From an uncultured Candidatus Saccharibacteria bacterium (GTDB taxonomy: Bacteria; Patescibacteriota; Minisyncoccia; Phycocordibacterales; UBA12445): a DNA stretch of 64,000 bases. Each line of letters opens with the position of its first letter. Within the stretch, counting starts at the first letter, position 1. The stretch lies in NCBI GenBank assembly GCA_964649715.1, contig CAZYTH010000005.1, positions 1,765 through 65,764 of the forward strand, read 5' to 3'. The notes below the pieces were generated by a model. That model had not been told where the DNA came from and did not search any database. It saw only the letters and a list, made by a program, of their open reading frames with translations. This document shows positions 62,652-64,000 of this stretch, piece by piece. Made by a program: the position numbers and the translations under genes.

Positions 62652-64000
62652 ATGTTTAATTTTTACTATATTTTAATTGCATTGGTCGCGGTTATTGTTG
62701 TTTATCTTCTTTTGAAAAAGAGAACAACTTTTAATTCTTTAAATTTAGTTCTTCTTTCTGTTCGGTTGCCGAGGAATAAAGATGCGGAAGGAAAAGAAGA
62801 TAAGAATTTTTTGAGTCAGATAAACCTTTCTGAACAGCTTTTTTCTGCTCTTGCATCAATATCGGAACCTTTTGTTTTTGAAGCTTCCGTAAAAAATGCC
62901 GAACAACAGATATATTTTTATGTTGCAGTTCCTAAGAGGTCTGTTGATTTTGCCTCAAGACAGATACAAGGGCTTTTCCCTGAGGCGAAAGTAGAAAAGG
63001 TGCCCGATTATTCCATATTTGGTCCTAATTGTTCTGTTGTTGGTGGTGAATTACAACTTCGTGATAGCTATATCTTGCCACTAAGAACATATAAAGAGGC
63101 CGAAGTAGATACTTTCTCCCCTATCATAAGCACGTTGTCTAAACTTGATGAGGTTGGGCAAGGGGCGTCCATACAACTTGTTTTCAGACCGGCAGAAAGG
63201 GGAATAAAAGAAAATATTGTGAGTGCTCTAAAAGAAATAAAGAACGGAAAGACAATTGATAAAATATTGAGAGAGAGGTCCGCAACTTTTGTAGATGACA
63301 TAAAAGTAGGTTTTAAGGAACTGATATTTGGGAAACCGTCAAAGAGTGAAGATGAACAATCCAAACCAAAGACGATAGATGAAGAAGCTTTAAAGGCTGT
63401 TCAATCAAAAACGAACAAGCAACTTTATCGCTTAAACATAAGATTATTGGCTTCTGCGAACTCCAATGACTCTGCTGAGGATATTTTGCTTTCTATGGCC
63501 GGATCTTTTTCGCAATTTTCTGCACCAAACAGGAACGAATTAAGGCTTTTAAAAGCCTCTACCAAGGGTCTTAGGAAGTTGGTTTATAAATACACTTTTC
63601 GTGAATTTGATATTGGTAGTTCAGTCATATTGAATACAGAGGAGATCGCAAGTATTTTACACTTACCGACATCATCTACAGATGTCCCGAGGATCTGGTG
63701 GCTTAGATCAAAGGAGGCTCCTCCGCCGGAAAACTTACCGACAGAAGGTGTCGTGCTTGGGGAAAGTGTTTTTAGGGGTGATATCCGTCAGGTGAGGATG
63801 ACGGACGATGACAGAAGAAGGCACCTATATGTAATAGGACAAACAGGAACAGGTAAGTCTGTATTTCAACAAAATCTTATTGTCCAGGACATGAAGGCAG
63901 GAAAAGGTCTCTGTGCTATAGATCCACACGGGACACTAATCGCCGATATACTAGAAAGAGTTCCAAAGGAGAGGATAAACGATGTGATTGTCTTTGACCC
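62652..64000 (+). CDS. Partial VirD4/TraD-like type IV coupling ATPase (runs off window; absent from ORF track)
   Basis: ATG 62652, N-terminal TM (MFNFYYILIALVAVIVVYLLL), later DRRRHLYVIGQTGTGKS Walker A and IDPHG. Confidence 0.85.
   Translation, partial: MFNFYYILIALVAVIVVYLLLKKRTTFNSLNLVLLSVRLPRNKDAEGKEDKNFLSQINLSEQLFSALASISEPFVFEASVKNAEQQIYFYVAVPKRSVDFASRQIQGLFPEAKVEKVPDYSIFGPNCSVVGGELQLRDSYILPLRTYKEAEVDTFSPIISTLSKLDEVGQGASIQLVFRPAERGIKENIVSALKEIKNGKTIDKILRERSATFVDDIKVGFKELIFGKPSKSEDEQSKPKTIDEEALKAVQSKTNKQLYRLNIRLLASANSNDSAEDILLSMAGSFSQFSAPNRNELRLLKASTKGLRKLVYKYTFREFDIGSSVILNTEEIASILHLPTSSTDVPRIWWLRSKEAPPPENLPTEGVVLGESVFRGDIRQVRMTDDDRRRHLYVIGQTGTGKSVFQQNLIVQDMKAGKGLCAIDPHGTLIADILERVPKERINDVIVFD

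Overview
AT-rich chromosomal window whose gene set and protein families point to a Patescibacteria (CPR), probably Parcubacteria-like, genome; this is inferred from protein recognition, not from a database search. It spans the replication origin (dnaN-dnaA / rpmH-rnpA-yidC, with DnaA boxes and DnaA-trios) and carries housekeeping genes (ruvA/B/C, yqgF, polA, holA, mutM, tyrS, rpsT, tsaE, rsmA, pcrA, a class A PBP, a frameshifted murE). It also has type IV pilus genes (pilM, pilN start, pilB), three tRNAs, a large repeat-rich surface protein operon, and a chromosomal T4SS-like cluster (PrgI, VirB4, pilin, VirB6-like, plus a partial VirD4-like gene). Most notable: (1) all three tRNA genes are followed by the same ~150-nt architecture (inverted, hairpin-interrupted copy of that tRNA's own 3' end, a long hairpin, a conserved mini-hairpin, then a direct 3'-end copy), suggesting a tRNA-programmed element family; (2) a GC-rich CLec-type gene with a DGR variable-region signature but no RT/TR in the window, next to two AT-rich paralogs; (3) a four-helix-bundle gene bracketed by 30-bp inverted repeats built from AATTACG heptamers that also occur elsewhere, including in frame in pcrA; (4) a RAYT transposase carrying its own REP inside its ORF, plus other REP families inserted in frame in mutM and polA; (5) a G9 tract in the promoter spacer of the surface-protein operon; (6) apparently leaderless housekeeping genes versus SD-led GC-rich accessory genes.
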